Source: Aestuariivirga sp. (GTDB lineage Bacteria > Pseudomonadota > Alphaproteobacteria > Rhizobiales > Aestuariivirgaceae). From it: a stretch of DNA of 64,000 nucleotides. Position 1 is the first letter of the stretch, and every line of letters begins with the position of its first letter. Shown here one piece after another: positions 27,427 to 37,183 of this stretch. Location of the stretch: positions 1,246,347 through 1,310,346 of the forward strand of contig NZ_OZ245771.1 in NCBI RefSeq assembly GCF_965227715.1. Reading direction: 5' to 3'. The notes below the pieces were generated by a model. It saw only the letters and a program-made list of their open reading frames with translations, made no database searches and was not told the DNA's origin. The translations under genes were made by a program, and so were the position numbers.

Positions 27427-30309
27427 ATGACCCTTATCAAGGAAACGGACTTCGGCACGCCCAAGGCCATCTCGGACAAGATGGTGACCCTGGAAATCGA
27501 CGGCCAGCAGATCACCGTGCCGGAAGGCACCTCCATCATGCGCGCTGCGATGGAGCTTGGCACCAAGATCCCCAAGCTTTGCGCGACTGACATGATGGAC
27601 GCTTTCGGCTCCTGCCGCCTCTGCCTCGTTGAAATCGAGGGCCGCAAGGGAACGCCTGCCTCCTGCACAACGCCCGTTGCCCCCGGCATAAAGGTCCGTA
27701 CACAGACGGATCGTCTGGCGCAGCTCCGCAAGGGCGTGATGGAGCTTTATATCTCGGACCACCCGCTCGATTGCCTCACCTGTGCGGCCAATGGCGATTG
27801 CGAATTGCAGGACATGGCGGGTGCCGTGGGCCTGCGCGAAGTGCGCTATGGCTATGAGGGCGACAATCACGTCTTCAAGAAGCGGGCTGATGGGTCTGAG
27901 AATATCCGCTACCAGCCCAAGGATCAGTCCAACCCCTATTTCACCTTCGATCCCGCCAAATGCATCGTCTGCTCGCGCTGCGTGCGCGCCTGCGAAGAGG
28001 TGCAAGGCACTTTCGCGCTGACGATCGATGGCCGCGGCTTTGACAGCCACGTCGCCGCCGGCATGGACGAAGCGTTCCTGGACTCCGAATGCGTCTCATG
28101 CGGCGCCTGCGTCCAGGCCTGCCCGACGGCGACGCTGACGGAAAAATCCGTGGTGGAGCTTGGCCAGCCGGAACATTCCGTCATCACCACCTGCGCCTAT
28201 TGCGGCGTGGGCTGTTCCTTCAAGGCGGAAATGAAGGGCGATGAAGTCGTCCGCATGGTGCCGTACAAGGATGGTGGCGCCAATGAGGGCCACTCCTGCG
28301 TCAAGGGCCGCTTCGCCTGGGGCTACGCCACCCACAAGGACCGCGTGACCACACCGATGATCCGTGAACGGATCACCGATCCGTGGCGCGAAGTCTCCTG
28401 GGACGAGGCGATCGGCTATGCCGCCTCGCGCTTCAAATCCATTCAGGAAAAATATGGCCGCACCTCGATTGGCGGCATCACCTCGTCGCGCTGCACCAAC
28501 GAAGAAGTCTTCGTGGTGCAAAAGATGATCCGTGCGGCTTTCAAGAACAACAACGTCGATACCTGCGCGCGCGTCTGCCATTCGCCCACGGGCTATGGCC
28601 TGTCCCGCACCTTCGGCACCTCGGCTGGCACGCAGGACTTCAAGTCGGTCGAGGCGTCCGACGTGATACTGCTGATCGGCGCCAACCCGACGGATGCCCA
28701 CCCCGTTTTCGGCTCGCGCATGAAGAAGCGCCTGCGCGACGGCGCCAAGCTCATCGTGGCGGACCCCCGCAAGATTGACCTCGTGGATTCGCCCCACATC
28801 AAGGCCGTCCACCATCTGCAGCTCCGCCCCGGCACCAATGTGGCCGTGGTCAACGCGCTCGCCCATGTGATCCTCACCGAGGGGCTGGAGAAGCGGGACT
28901 ACATCAGTGAACGTTGCGACCCGGTGGAATTTGCCCGCTGGGAAGCTTTCATCAGGGAAGACCGGAATTCGCCGGAAACCCTCGAACCCATCACCGGCGT
29001 TCCCGCTGCGGAGATCCGCGCTGCGGCCCGTCTCTTCGCAACCGGGGGCAACGGCGCCATCTATTATGGCCTCGGGGTCACCGAGCACAGCCAGGGCTCC
29101 ACCATGGTCATGGGCATGGCGAACCTCGCCATGGCCACGGGCAACGTCGGCCGCAATGGCGTGGGCGTCAATCCGCTCCGTGGGCAGAACAATGTGCAGG
29201 GCTCCTGTGACATGGGGTCCTTCCCCCATGAATTTTCGGGCTACCGCCATGTGGGCGATGACACGGTGCGCCAACTGTTCGAAACTGTGTGGAACACGCA
29301 TCTGGACAATGAGCCGGGCCTGCGCATTCCCAACATGTTCGATGCGGCGATTGAAGGCACCTATAAGGGCATCTTTGTGCAGGGTGAGGACATTGCCCAG
29401 TCGGACCCGAACCTGAACCATGTGACGCATGCACTGGAAGCCATGGACTGCGTGGTCGTGCAGGATCTGTTCCTGAACGAGACGGCCGCCTTCGCTCATG
29501 TGTTCCTGCCGGGCACATCCTTCCTCGAGAAGGACGGCACCTTCACCAATGCTGAGCGCCGCATCAACCGCGTGCGCATGGTGAAGGCTCCGATGCAGGG
29601 CAAGCAGGAATGGCAGGTGGTGGCAGAACTCGCCACCGCCATGGGCTATCCCATGCATTACAACAACGCCTCCGAGATCATGGATGAGATCGCGGCGGTC
29701 ACCCCCACCTTCGCCGGCGTCTCCTTCGCCAAGCTCGACACGCTGGGCTCCGTCCAGTGGCCGTGCAATGACAAGGCGCCGGAGGGAACGCCGCTCATGC
29801 ATGTGGGCGGCTTCGTGCGGGGCAAGGGCCGCTTCGTCGTCACCGAGTTCGTGCCGACGTCCGAGCGCACCAACCGCTCCTTCCCGCTCATCCTCACGAC
29901 GGGCCGCATCCTCTCGCAATATAATGTCGGCGCGCAGACCCGCCGCACGGAAAATGTGGCCTGGCATCACGAGGATGTTCTCGAAATCCACCCGCATGAT
30001 GCCGACGTCCGCGGCATCAAGGATGGCACCATGGTTTCGATCGCCAGCCGCGTGGGCGCCACGACGCTCCGTGCACGGATTTCCGAGCGCATGCCGCAGG
30101 GCGTGGTCTACACCACCTTCCACCACCCGGTGTCGGGCGCCAACGTCATCACCACCGAGAATTCGGACTGGGCTACCAACTGCCCCGAATACAAGGTGAC
30201 GGCCGTTCAGGTGAACCTCTCCAACCTGCCGTCAGACTGGCAGAAGGAATGGGAAGAGCGCGAGGAAGAGAACAAGCGCATCGGCGCCAAGATGGTCGCT
30301 GCCGAGTGA
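27427..30309 (+). CDS. fdsA: NAD-dependent formate dehydrogenase alpha subunit (Mo-bisPGD)
   Basis: Fe-S motifs CIVCSRCVRAC, CVSCGACVQAC, CAYCGVGC; active-site DTCARVCHSPT (Cys, not Sec); LRGQNNVQG. Confidence 0.97.
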   Translation: MTLIKETDFGTPKAISDKMVTLEIDGQQITVPEGTSIMRAAMELGTKIPKLCATDMMDAFGSCRLCLVEIEGRKGTPASCTTPVAPGIKVRTQTDRLAQLRKGVMELYISDHPLDCLTCAANGDCELQDMAGAVGLREVRYGYEGDNHVFKKRADGSENIRYQPKDQSNPYFTFDPAKCIVCSRCVRACEEVQGTFALTIDGRGFDSHVAAGMDEAFLDSECVSCGACVQACPTATLTEKSVVELGQPEHSVITTCAYCGVGCSFKAEMKGDEVVRMVPYKDGGANEGHSCVKGRFAWGYATHKDRVTTPMIRERITDPWREVSWDEAIGYAASRFKSIQEKYGRTSIGGITSSRCTNEEVFVVQKMIRAAFKNNNVDTCARVCHSPTGYGLSRTFGTSAGTQDFKSVEASDVILLIGANPTDAHPVFGSRMKKRLRDGAKLIVADPRKIDLVDSPHIKAVHHLQLRPGTNVAVVNALAHVILTEGLEKRDYISERCDPVEFARWEAFIREDRNSPETLEPITGVPAAEIRAAARLFATGGNGAIYYGLGVTEHSQGSTMVMGMANLAMATGNVGRNGVGVNPLRGQNNVQGSCDMGSFPHEFSGYRHVGDDTVRQLFETVWNTHLDNEPGLRIPNMFDAAIEGTYKGIFVQGEDIAQSDPNLNHVTHALEAMDCVVVQDLFLNETAAFAHVFLPGTSFLEKDGTFTNAERRINRVRMVKAPMQGKQEWQVVAELATAMGYPMHYNNASEIMDEIAAVTPTFAGVSFAKLDTLGSVQWPCNDKAPEGTPLMHVGGFVRGKGRFVVTEFVPTSERTNRSFPLILTTGRILSQYNVGAQTRRTENVAWHHEDVLEIHPHDADVRGIKDGTMVSIASRVGATTLRARISERMPQGVVYTTFHHPVSGANVITTENSDWATNCPEYKVTAVQVNLSNLPSDWQKEWEEREEENKRIGAKMVAAE

Positions 30310-30323
30310 GCACAAGGCGCGCC

Positions 30324-31145
30324 ATGAAGCCAAGGCTCGTGCCGGCCTCGCCCGGCGCGGGCGAGGCTCTGCGCAGCTCCGTTCCGGCGCATGGCATTCT
30401 TCACACGCTGGCAGGTGACGAGGAAACCATCTGGCAGGTGCCGGAGGAAGTTCCTTTAAGCCTGCAGTTCAACTCCCAGAACCATGCCGTGATGATGGGG
30501 ACGCCCGCCGACTTCGAAGACTTCGGCATCGGCTTTGCCCTGGCCGAAGGCATCATATCGCGAGCGCCGGATGTCTCAGGCGTGCTGGTGCTGCCCTCGG
30601 AACAGGGCTATGCGATTGACCTGTCCCTTCCCGAAGAGAAGATCAACCGGGAGCGCATGGCCAGGCGCAGCCTTGAGGGCCGCACAGGTTGCGGCCTTTG
30701 CGGCATCGAGGACATGAAGGACGCGATCCGCATGCCAGGCGGCACGCTGAAGCCCGTGACGTTGACCCCTCAGGCCGTGGCGCGCGCCTATGAGCAATTG
30801 CCGGATCACCAGCCGATGAGCCGGGTGAACCGCACGGTTCATGCGGCCGCCTGGTGCTCCGTGGACGGAGATATTCTCCTCTCGCGGGAGGATGTGGGCC
30901 GCCACAATGCGCTGGACAAGCTGATCGGCGCGCTCAGCCGTCAGCCCACGGATCTTTCCCAGGGCTTCGTGCTCATGTCCAGCCGCTGCAGCTTCGAACT
31001 CGTGCAGAAATGCGCCATCGCGGGAATCGGCGCGCTGGCCACTGTTTCCGCTCCCACCGCCCTTGCCTTGTCTCTCGCGCGGCAGGCGCATCTCAAGCTT
31101 GCCGCGCTCGCGAGCCGCGGCGTCATGATTTTCGACAGGGACTGA
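30324..31145 (+). CDS. fdhD: FDH sulfurtransferase FdhD/FdsC
   Basis: CGLCG, EDVGRHNALDKLIG, SSRCSFELVQK; an alternative GTG start at 30306 overlaps the fdsA stop. Confidence 0.93.
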   Translation: MKPRLVPASPGAGEALRSSVPAHGILHTLAGDEETIWQVPEEVPLSLQFNSQNHAVMMGTPADFEDFGIGFALAEGIISRAPDVSGVLVLPSEQGYAIDLSLPEEKINRERMARRSLEGRTGCGLCGIEDMKDAIRMPGGTLKPVTLTPQAVARAYEQLPDHQPMSRVNRTVHAAAWCSVDGDILLSREDVGRHNALDKLIGALSRQPTDLSQGFVLMSSRCSFELVQKCAIAGIGALATVSAPTALALSLARQAHLKLAALASRGVMIFDRD

Positions 31146-31147
31146 CC

Positions 31148-31375
31148 ATGCAACAACAGGACATGCTGCGGATGGCGAACCAGATCGCCTCCTTCTTCAA
31201 CGGCTCCGGCCCCGAGGCCGCGGTGAGGGATGCCGCCGACCACATCAACAAGTTCTGGGACCCCCGCATGCGCACCATGCTGATCGCGCATCTGGACAAG
31301 GGCGGCGAAGGCCTCGACGAAACCATCGTGAAGGCCGCAAGCCTGATCAAGAGGCCGAAGCCCGCGGACGCGTGA
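31148..31375 (+). CDS. fdsD: Formate dehydrogenase delta subunit
   Basis: MANQIASFF...ADHINKFWDPRMR motif; read manually inside the 30854..31375 frame. Confidence 0.92.
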   Translation: MQQQDMLRMANQIASFFNGSGPEAAVRDAADHINKFWDPRMRTMLIAHLDKGGEGLDETIVKAASLIKRPKPADA

Positions 31376-31451
31376 GGGTTCTGGATGATGTCGTTTCACT
31401 CCACCTCGCGCAGTCGAGTGAGATCATTGGCAGATTTACACGCTATCTGTT

Positions 31452-31538
31452 CCGTCACCCCAGCGCAGGCTGGGGTCCCGCTTTATGTCAGCATGTGCGG
31501 GACGCAAAGCGGGATGCCAGCCTTCGCTGGCATGACGG
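31452..31538. repeat. Inverted doublet of CGTC-tagged REP elements (REPIN-like)
   Basis: CCGTCACCCCAGCGCAGGCTGGGGTCCCGCTTT (31452-31484) and the reverse complement of CCGTCATGCCAGCGAAGGCTGGCATCCCGCTTT (31506-31538), between convergent genes. Confidence 0.85.
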
Positions 31539-31582
31539 TGCGAGCCTTAAGCTGCCGCTCCAGCACTTGAGGCCCCTGCCCC

Positions 31583-32044
31583 TCACCGCTTCCGCTTCGC
31601 TTTCGGCAGCTTCCACAAATGGTCGACCAGCTCCTCCACCGTGATGCCCTCTTCCGAATAGGCCTCGCCTGCAACCGCGATGCCGGCTTCCGTCACCGTC
31701 TCTGATGTGCCGGACACCAGCGGGTGCCACCAGGGGAGCTTCCGGCCTTCGTCCAGCAAGCGGTAGGCGCAGGTTTCGGGGAGCCAGCCGAGCGAGCCGA
31801 CATTTCCCGGCGTCAGCGCCACGCAATCCGGCACCTTGGCCTGGCGGTTCGGGTAATCCGTGCAGCGGCAGGTGCCGAGATCGAGAAGTTTGCACGCTGC
31901 GCGGGTATAGAGAAAGCGGCCCGTATCTTCATCCTCGAGTTTGTTGAGGCAGCAGCGGCCGCAGCCATCGCACAGGCTTTCCCACTCCTCGCGCGTCATT
32001 TCGGGCAAAGACTTGGTTTTCCAGAAGGGCAGCGTGTTGGACAT
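31583..32044 (-). CDS. YcgN/UPF0260 cysteine-cluster protein
   Basis: [43 protein letters not shown]. Confidence 0.9.
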   Translation of the reverse strand: MSNTLPFWKTKSLPEMTREEWESLCDGCGRCCLNKLEDEDTGRFLYTRAACKLLDLGTCRCTDYPNRQAKVPDCVALTPGNVGSLGWLPETCAYRLLDEGRKLPWWHPLVSGTSETVTEAGIAVAGEAYSEEGITVEELVDHLWKLPKAKRKR

Positions 32045-32190
32045 CGTGGGCTTATGGCATGGATGACCGGCGGCAAGTCAACCTCGCTCTGGTGCTGAAG
32101 GCCCCTCCGCTGTAGCTTGGGGGCCGGCGGGGCGCGTTTTCGTCACAATCGCGCTCTAAGCGGCTCCCACTTCCGAGGTCTGACTGAAGC

Positions 32191-34539
32191 GTGCCAAAAC
32201 TCCCAAACCGTCAATCGCTCTCCGGTAAGCTGTGGCGGGCCGATGGCACCGTCAGCACGGCCGTGTTCGAGACATGGGATTTCCTCAAGCGCCGCCATTC
32301 CGCCTATGTGAGCTTTCTGGAGCGGTTCCGCATCCGGGGCGTCAAGCGGGTCTTCATCGATCTCCTGGATGATGGCGTCACCTTCGGGGTGATGCTGTGC
32401 TTCCTGCTGCTCGCCTATGCGCTCCCACCTTTTTCCGGCACGGGGGACGTGTGGAACCGCGGCCGCGAATATGCGGTGACCTTCACCGATGGTGATGGCG
32501 AGATCATCGGCCGCCGCGGCATCCGCCAGGATGATGCCATTCCGCTCTCCGATATTCCGCCGCACATGATCAAGGCGGTGCTCGCCACGGAAGATGCGCG
32601 CTTCTTCCAGCATTTCGGCGTGGACGTGATCGGCACGCTGCGCGCCATCATTCAGAATGCGCGCGCCAATGATGTGGTGCAGGGCGGATCCTCCCTCACC
32701 CAGCAGGTGGCAAAGAACCTGTTCCTCTCGCCCGAACGCACCATCCGCCGCAAGGTGCATGAGGCCTTCCTCTCGCTGTGGATCGAGGCGCGGCTGTCCA
32801 AACAGGAAATCCTCAAGCTCTATCTGGACCGCTCTTACTTAGGCGGCGGCGCCTATGGCATCGAGGCCGCCTCGCAATTCTACTTTGGTAAGTCCGTGCG
32901 GGACATCACGCTCCCCGAAGCGGCGATGCTGGCGGGGCTGTTCAAGGCCCCCACCAAATATGCGCCGCATCAGAATCTCGAGCTTGCCAGAGCCCGCGCC
33001 AACACAGTGCTTTACCGCATGCTGGATGCGGGCTTCATCACCCAGGGCGAATTGCTGCAGGCACGGCGCGAGCCCGCAACGCCCATCCACCAGAACATCG
33101 CGGACAGCCCCAACTGGTTCCTCGACCAGGCCTACCGGGACACCATGGCGCTCATCGACGAGAAGGGCCTCTCCGCGGATTATGTGCTCGAGGTGAAGAC
33201 GACGATCAACCTGCCGCTGCAAACGCAGGCCCAGGCCATCGTCAATGAGGATGTGGCAGCCAACCGCGAGCAATATCACGTCACGCAAGGTGCCGCCGTG
33301 GTGATGTCGCTTGATGGCGCGGTGCGGGCGATCGTGGGCGGCACGGATTATGAAACCAGCCAGTTCAACCGCGCCACCGATGCGCTCCGCCAGTCAGGCT
33401 CATCCTTCAAGCCCTTCGTTTACATGGCGGCGCTCCTCAAGGGCTATAAGCCTGATGACACGATCGTCGATGGGCCCGTCGCCGTGGGCAACTGGGCGCC
33501 GCGCAACTACACCGGCAAATATGCCGGGCGGACGACGCTGACCAACGCCATCGCGCATTCCTATAATTCCGTGCCGGTGAAGCTGATGATTGACATCGGC
33601 CGCACCGCCATCATCAACACGGCGCATCTGGCAGGCATCAAGGGGGAGCTTGAAACCTGGGCGCCGATGGTGCTGGGCACCAGTGCGCTGTCCTTGATCG
33701 ATCTCACCACGGGTTACATTGCCTTCGCCTCTGGCGGCTTTGCAACCAAGCCCTATACGGTTCTGGAAATCCGCCGGTCCAATGGCGATGTGCTCTATGC
33801 GCGCGAGCAGGACCCCTCCGTGGCGCCGAAGCGCGTCTTCCCGGAGGAGACCGTGGCGGAGCTCAACACCATGCTGAACGCGGTGATGCGCCAGGGCACC
33901 GGCAAGCGCGCTGACCTGGCCTTCGAGCCCACCGCCGGCAAGACCGGCACCAACCAGGGCTACCGCGATGCCTGGTTCATCGGCTTCACCGGCCACCACG
34001 TGGCGGGTGTCTGGCTCGGCAATGATGATTTCACGCCGATGAAGGAAGTGACGGGCGGCCTGCTGCCCGCCCCCATCTGGAAGCGCATCATGATGGAGGC
34101 CGAGCGTGGGCTGCAGCCCGTGGGCTTTGCCGGCGTGCCCTATGACGAGTCCTATGCACTGGCCGCCGCACAGGCGCCGGCAGCAACGGCCGCCCCCATC
34201 AGCGACGAAACCGACCAGGCCCAGGGCGCCGATACCGAACCGCAGCAGGCAGATGCCGGCACAGGCGATGTGAATGGCGTGCTGAACGGCATGTTCAACC
34301 TGTTCGAGGCAACGCCGCCCGCGCGGCCTGCCGCCGCCGCCGCCGCCAAGGCGCGCAGCACGGCAAAGCAGGAGGCGCTCGTGCTGCCCAAGGCCAATGT
34401 GGTGCAGCCAGACCAGCGCCCGCGGAAAAAGTCGCGTTTCCTGGACCAGCTCTTCGGCCAGCCCGCGGAGGACGAGCCGCCGCCCGAGGAGAAGCATAAG
34501 AAAAAGAAGAAAAAGACACTCTTCGACAGTATCTTCTGA
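32191..34539 (+). CDS. Class A penicillin-binding protein (PBP1A family)
   Basis: Transglycosylase motifs EDARF, GGSSLTQQVAKN, RKVHE; transpeptidase SSFK, SYN, KTG. Confidence 0.95.
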   Translation: MPKLPNRQSLSGKLWRADGTVSTAVFETWDFLKRRHSAYVSFLERFRIRGVKRVFIDLLDDGVTFGVMLCFLLLAYALPPFSGTGDVWNRGREYAVTFTDGDGEIIGRRGIRQDDAIPLSDIPPHMIKAVLATEDARFFQHFGVDVIGTLRAIIQNARANDVVQGGSSLTQQVAKNLFLSPERTIRRKVHEAFLSLWIEARLSKQEILKLYLDRSYLGGGAYGIEAASQFYFGKSVRDITLPEAAMLAGLFKAPTKYAPHQNLELARARANTVLYRMLDAGFITQGELLQARREPATPIHQNIADSPNWFLDQAYRDTMALIDEKGLSADYVLEVKTTINLPLQTQAQAIVNEDVAANREQYHVTQGAAVVMSLDGAVRAIVGGTDYETSQFNRATDALRQSGSSFKPFVYMAALLKGYKPDDTIVDGPVAVGNWAPRNYTGKYAGRTTLTNAIAHSYNSVPVKLMIDIGRTAIINTAHLAGIKGELETWAPMVLGTSALSLIDLTTGYIAFASGGFATKPYTVLEIRRSNGDVLYAREQDPSVAPKRVFPEETVAELNTMLNAVMRQGTGKRADLAFEPTAGKTGTNQGYRDAWFIGFTGHHVAGVWLGNDDFTPMKEVTGGLLPAPIWKRIMMEAERGLQPVGFAGVPYDESYALAAAQAPAATAAPISDETDQAQGADTEPQQADAGTGDVNGVLNGMFNLFEATPPARPAAAAAAKARSTAKQEALVLPKANVVQPDQRPRKKSRFLDQLFGQPAEDEPPPEEKHKKKKKKTLFDSIF

Positions 34540-34542
34540 ACC

Positions 34543-35094
34543 ATGCGGCGATTCATCTGGGCTACATCCTATATCGCAGGCGGAATTGCCGCAGGCTGCT
34601 TCAGCGCTTTCGTGATGATTCAGCAGGCGGGTGTCAAACCCGTGGCCGCGGGAACGCCGTGGCTCAGCCGCGCGGCCGCGATGGCGGAGTCGAACGCCTA
34701 TTACGTGCGCTCGCATTATCTGCTCGAGGGCCGCCTGCCCCCCGCGCCCGGCCAGCTTTCGGAGGCGACGGCGGACACGGACAGCGAGGGCCACCCCCTG
34801 ACCGGCAACTGCAGCTACAAGATCACCTCCACCGCTCCGCTGCCACGCTGGTGGAGCATTGCCATCATCGCGGGCTCGTCAGCCAATGCGGAGCTCCAGG
34901 CCACGGCGGACAGTGACACGATCGTGCGCGATGCCGATGGCGTGGTGCGGATCACCGCGGCGCAGGACCCGGCACCCGGAAACTGGCTGAAGACGCCGGA
35001 CCGCCGGAGTTTCACCATGCTTTATTCCTCACTGGCATCGGGCCCCAAGCCCGGGCTTCCGCCCTTCACCATCACCCAAGCGGGGTGCCTGTGA
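34543..35094 (+). CDS. DUF1214-like membrane-anchored protein
   Basis: N-terminal TM; D.EG.PL.GNC.Y, P.RWWS, PGNWL motifs. Confidence 0.7.
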   Translation: MRRFIWATSYIAGGIAAGCFSAFVMIQQAGVKPVAAGTPWLSRAAAMAESNAYYVRSHYLLEGRLPPAPGQLSEATADTDSEGHPLTGNCSYKITSTAPLPRWWSIAIIAGSSANAELQATADSDTIVRDADGVVRITAAQDPAPGNWLKTPDRRSFTMLYSSLASGPKPGLPPFTITQAGCL

Positions 35095-35660
35095 AACAGC
35101 ATCTGTTCTGGGCCGCGGTGGCGCTGGCGGCGGCGGTTGCAGCCCATGCGGCCTTTGCGCTGTTCGTGCCGGGCTGGTGGTTCTCGCGGGAGGTCTCCAG
35201 GCTTTCCCACGCGCATGGCAAGAACAGCTTCTTCATTCTGACGCCTGAAGAACAGGCGCAGCTCTTTCCCGGCCTGCCGCGCTTTGGCGTCACCGGCGTC
35301 TGCGTTTTCGATGTGGCCAAGGGGGACGTCACCTTCGCGGCGGACCTGCCGGATGGCTTCTGGGTCACCACGATTTATACCGACAAGGCGGAGGCGATCT
35401 ATTCGGTGAACAACCGGCAGTCGGGCGCCAACAGCTTCACCGTCAGCCTGTCCCGAGCGCCGGGTCTGATCGAGCAACTGCTGAAGGCCACCGACAAGGA
35501 AGCCGCCGATGAGATCGACTCAGGCTGGACCGTCACCTCGCCCGAGCCCAAAGGGCTGGCCGTGGTCTGGTATCCGACGCCCGAAACCGGCCTCCGCGCC
35601 ATCGCAGCAGAAGCCGTCTCCCGCTCCCGCTGCACGGCAGGCCCCGCGGGTGAGAGCTGA
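35091..35660 (+). CDS. DUF1254-like membrane-anchored protein
   Basis: N-terminal TM; GVCVFDV..G, GFWVTTIY..YSVN; GTGA overlap with the previous gene. Confidence 0.65.
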   Translation: MKQHLFWAAVALAAAVAAHAAFALFVPGWWFSREVSRLSHAHGKNSFFILTPEEQAQLFPGLPRFGVTGVCVFDVAKGDVTFAADLPDGFWVTTIYTDKAEAIYSVNNRQSGANSFTVSLSRAPGLIEQLLKATDKEAADEIDSGWTVTSPEPKGLAVVWYPTPETGLRAIAAEAVSRSRCTAGPAGES

Positions 35661-35683
35661 GAGTTGTTGCGTAGAAGGTTGAC

Positions 35684-35881
35684 TCAATAAAAGTCCACGT
35701 CGCCGCCGCGTGAGGTGGAGCCGGTGCGGGTGGCGGGAAGGCGTTCGCTCAAGTCATACATGCGCTCGATGCGGACACCGGTGAACATCACCACCTGCGC
35801 CGGACCTGCGGAAACAGCAGCGTCTTTCCGCACCCGCTCTTGCGGGAAGGCGATGATGGCGCATGTGGTCTGGGCTCGCAT
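35684..35881 (-). CDS. Small conserved-type hypothetical protein (65 aa)
   Basis: IIAFP...VVMFTGVRIER pattern seen in small rhizobial proteins; CtrA-like box upstream. Confidence 0.5.
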   Translation of the reverse strand: MRAQTTCAIIAFPQERVRKDAAVSAGPAQVVMFTGVRIERMYDLSERLPATRTGSTSRGGDVDFY

Positions 35882-35930
35882 CACACTGGCTTTCCGGGTT
35901 CTGATCCGTTTTCCCGACAGTGTTACAGCT

Positions 35931-35949
35931 ATGGTTAACAAGATGTTAA
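35931..35949 (-). promoter_or_regulatory. CtrA-type box
   Basis: Minus strand TTAA-CATCTTG-TTAACCAT, an exact TTAA-N7-TTAAC match. Confidence 0.7.
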
Positions 35950-36281
35950 GGAGCTTGCGCCAGGCCTGCGGTGCCGTGGCGGTCTTCCACTTCGACAATC
36001 CAGATATCGGGGTCGAAGCGGATTCGCCGCTCAATCAGGGCCGTGGCATCAACCGGAGACTGGGGCGGGCTCGCTTCGATGATCCAGCGCCGCTCGCCCT
36101 GCTCGTCATGGGAGGCGCCGGGGGAGGGCCCAAAGAGATGGCAGGTGCCATCGAGGTGATTGACGAGGATGTAAACCGCGCCCGCCTCTTCCGCACCCTT
36201 GCGCAGCACGGCGCCGAACATGCCATCGACCATGCAGCGCCTGAGAAAGGCGCTGACCCAGAAACCGGATTTGAGGCGCAC
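35946..36281 (-). CDS. DUF1491 family protein
   Basis: MRLKSGFWVSAFLRR, VLRKGAEEAGAV, RFDPDIWIVEVEDR. Confidence 0.88.
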   Translation of the reverse strand: MRLKSGFWVSAFLRRCMVDGMFGAVLRKGAEEAGAVYILVNHLDGTCHLFGPSPGASHDEQGERRWIIEASPPQSPVDATALIERRIRFDPDIWIVEVEDRHGTAGLAQAP

Positions 36282-36285
36282 GGGC

Positions 36286-36957
36286 TTACTGCGTGGCCAG
36301 GTCTGACTGGCCGCTCATCTTGGACAGTTCGGCCAGGAGCTGGTCGCTCACCTCGCCCGTCTGGGCCAGGTTGCGGTCACGCTGGAAGGAGATGATGGCG
36401 GCGCGCGTCTGCGCGGTGAGTTCGCCGTTGATCTCGCCCGGATTATAGGCGAGCTCGGCCAACCCCGTCTGCACGCGGCGGATTGCGGCACGGGTTTCGG
36501 CATCGGGTGCAGCCTGGATCGTGCCGGTGAACAGCGAGGCTTCGGAGACTTCGCGGGTGAAGCGGATGTGCTCGGCCAGGGCGGAACTGGGCTTGCCATC
36601 GGCCTCGAGGCCCACGGCCTGCTGGTAAGCGGCAATGGCCTGGCGGGTCTTGCGGCCGTTCACGCCGTCCACCGGGCCCTTGTAATAGCCGGCCGAGAGC
36701 AGTTCGCGCTGCACGGATTCGACCAGCGGATCAAATTTGAGCTGAATGGTGCGCGCGCCGGATTGCAGCACGTCGTCATCGATGACGGTGCCGCCATCGT
36801 TTGAAGCCAGCGCACCGGGAAGCGACGCGCGCCCGCGCGCCGGCTGGCCGAACAGCGCATTCCCCGCGATTGCGGCACACATGATGGCCGCGAGGCTCCA
36901 TGCGGCGAGGGGCACGATCCTGCCCTTTGGGCCGTCCTTCACAACCTTCTCACGCAT
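36286..36957 (-). CDS. Peptidoglycan-binding domain protein (two PG_binding_1 repeats)
   Basis: VQRELLSAGYYKGPVDGVNGRKTRQAIAAYQ and VQTGLAELAYNPGEINGELTAQTRAAIISFQ; TM segment; start uncertain. Confidence 0.85.
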   Translation of the reverse strand: MREKVVKDGPKGRIVPLAAWSLAAIMCAAIAGNALFGQPARGRASLPGALASNDGGTVIDDDVLQSGARTIQLKFDPLVESVQRELLSAGYYKGPVDGVNGRKTRQAIAAYQQAVGLEADGKPSSALAEHIRFTREVSEASLFTGTIQAAPDAETRAAIRRVQTGLAELAYNPGEINGELTAQTRAAIISFQRDRNLAQTGEVSDQLLAELSKMSGQSDLATQ

Positions 36958-37183
36958 CCGCCGACCCGAATTCACTTTCTTTCCGGGACTCACCACGAGA
37001 TGTTCCCCGCCCTTGCCAAACTTGCACCCATTGCGGTTAACGCAGCCTTTCCAGCCTGACCCGAAACCCGAAGGCTTCCCCATGTGGCGGCGGTCTTAAC
37101 ACAAAATAATCCTAAGCTCTTCAAAGCCAGTCAACGCTCTGCTGCTAATTCACTGGTGACGTTGGGGAATTGAATTCAAGGGT

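Noticed and set aside
7963-30126. Long antisense ORFs (7963-9558, 13766-15076, 16874-18709, 21787-23376, 26413-28050, 28096-30126 and similar)
   Set aside because: They are shadows of well-supported genes on the opposite strand; stop-poor frames are expected at high GC and show no recognisable motifs
31372-31895. ORFs 31372-31644, 31483-31674 and 31488-31895
   Set aside because: They run through the REP doublet or overlap ycgN and have no coding motifs
34490-34515. A-rich run at the end of the PBP gene as a phase-variation tract
   Set aside because: It encodes an in-frame poly-Lys tail from mixed AAG/AAA codons, and the frame is intact
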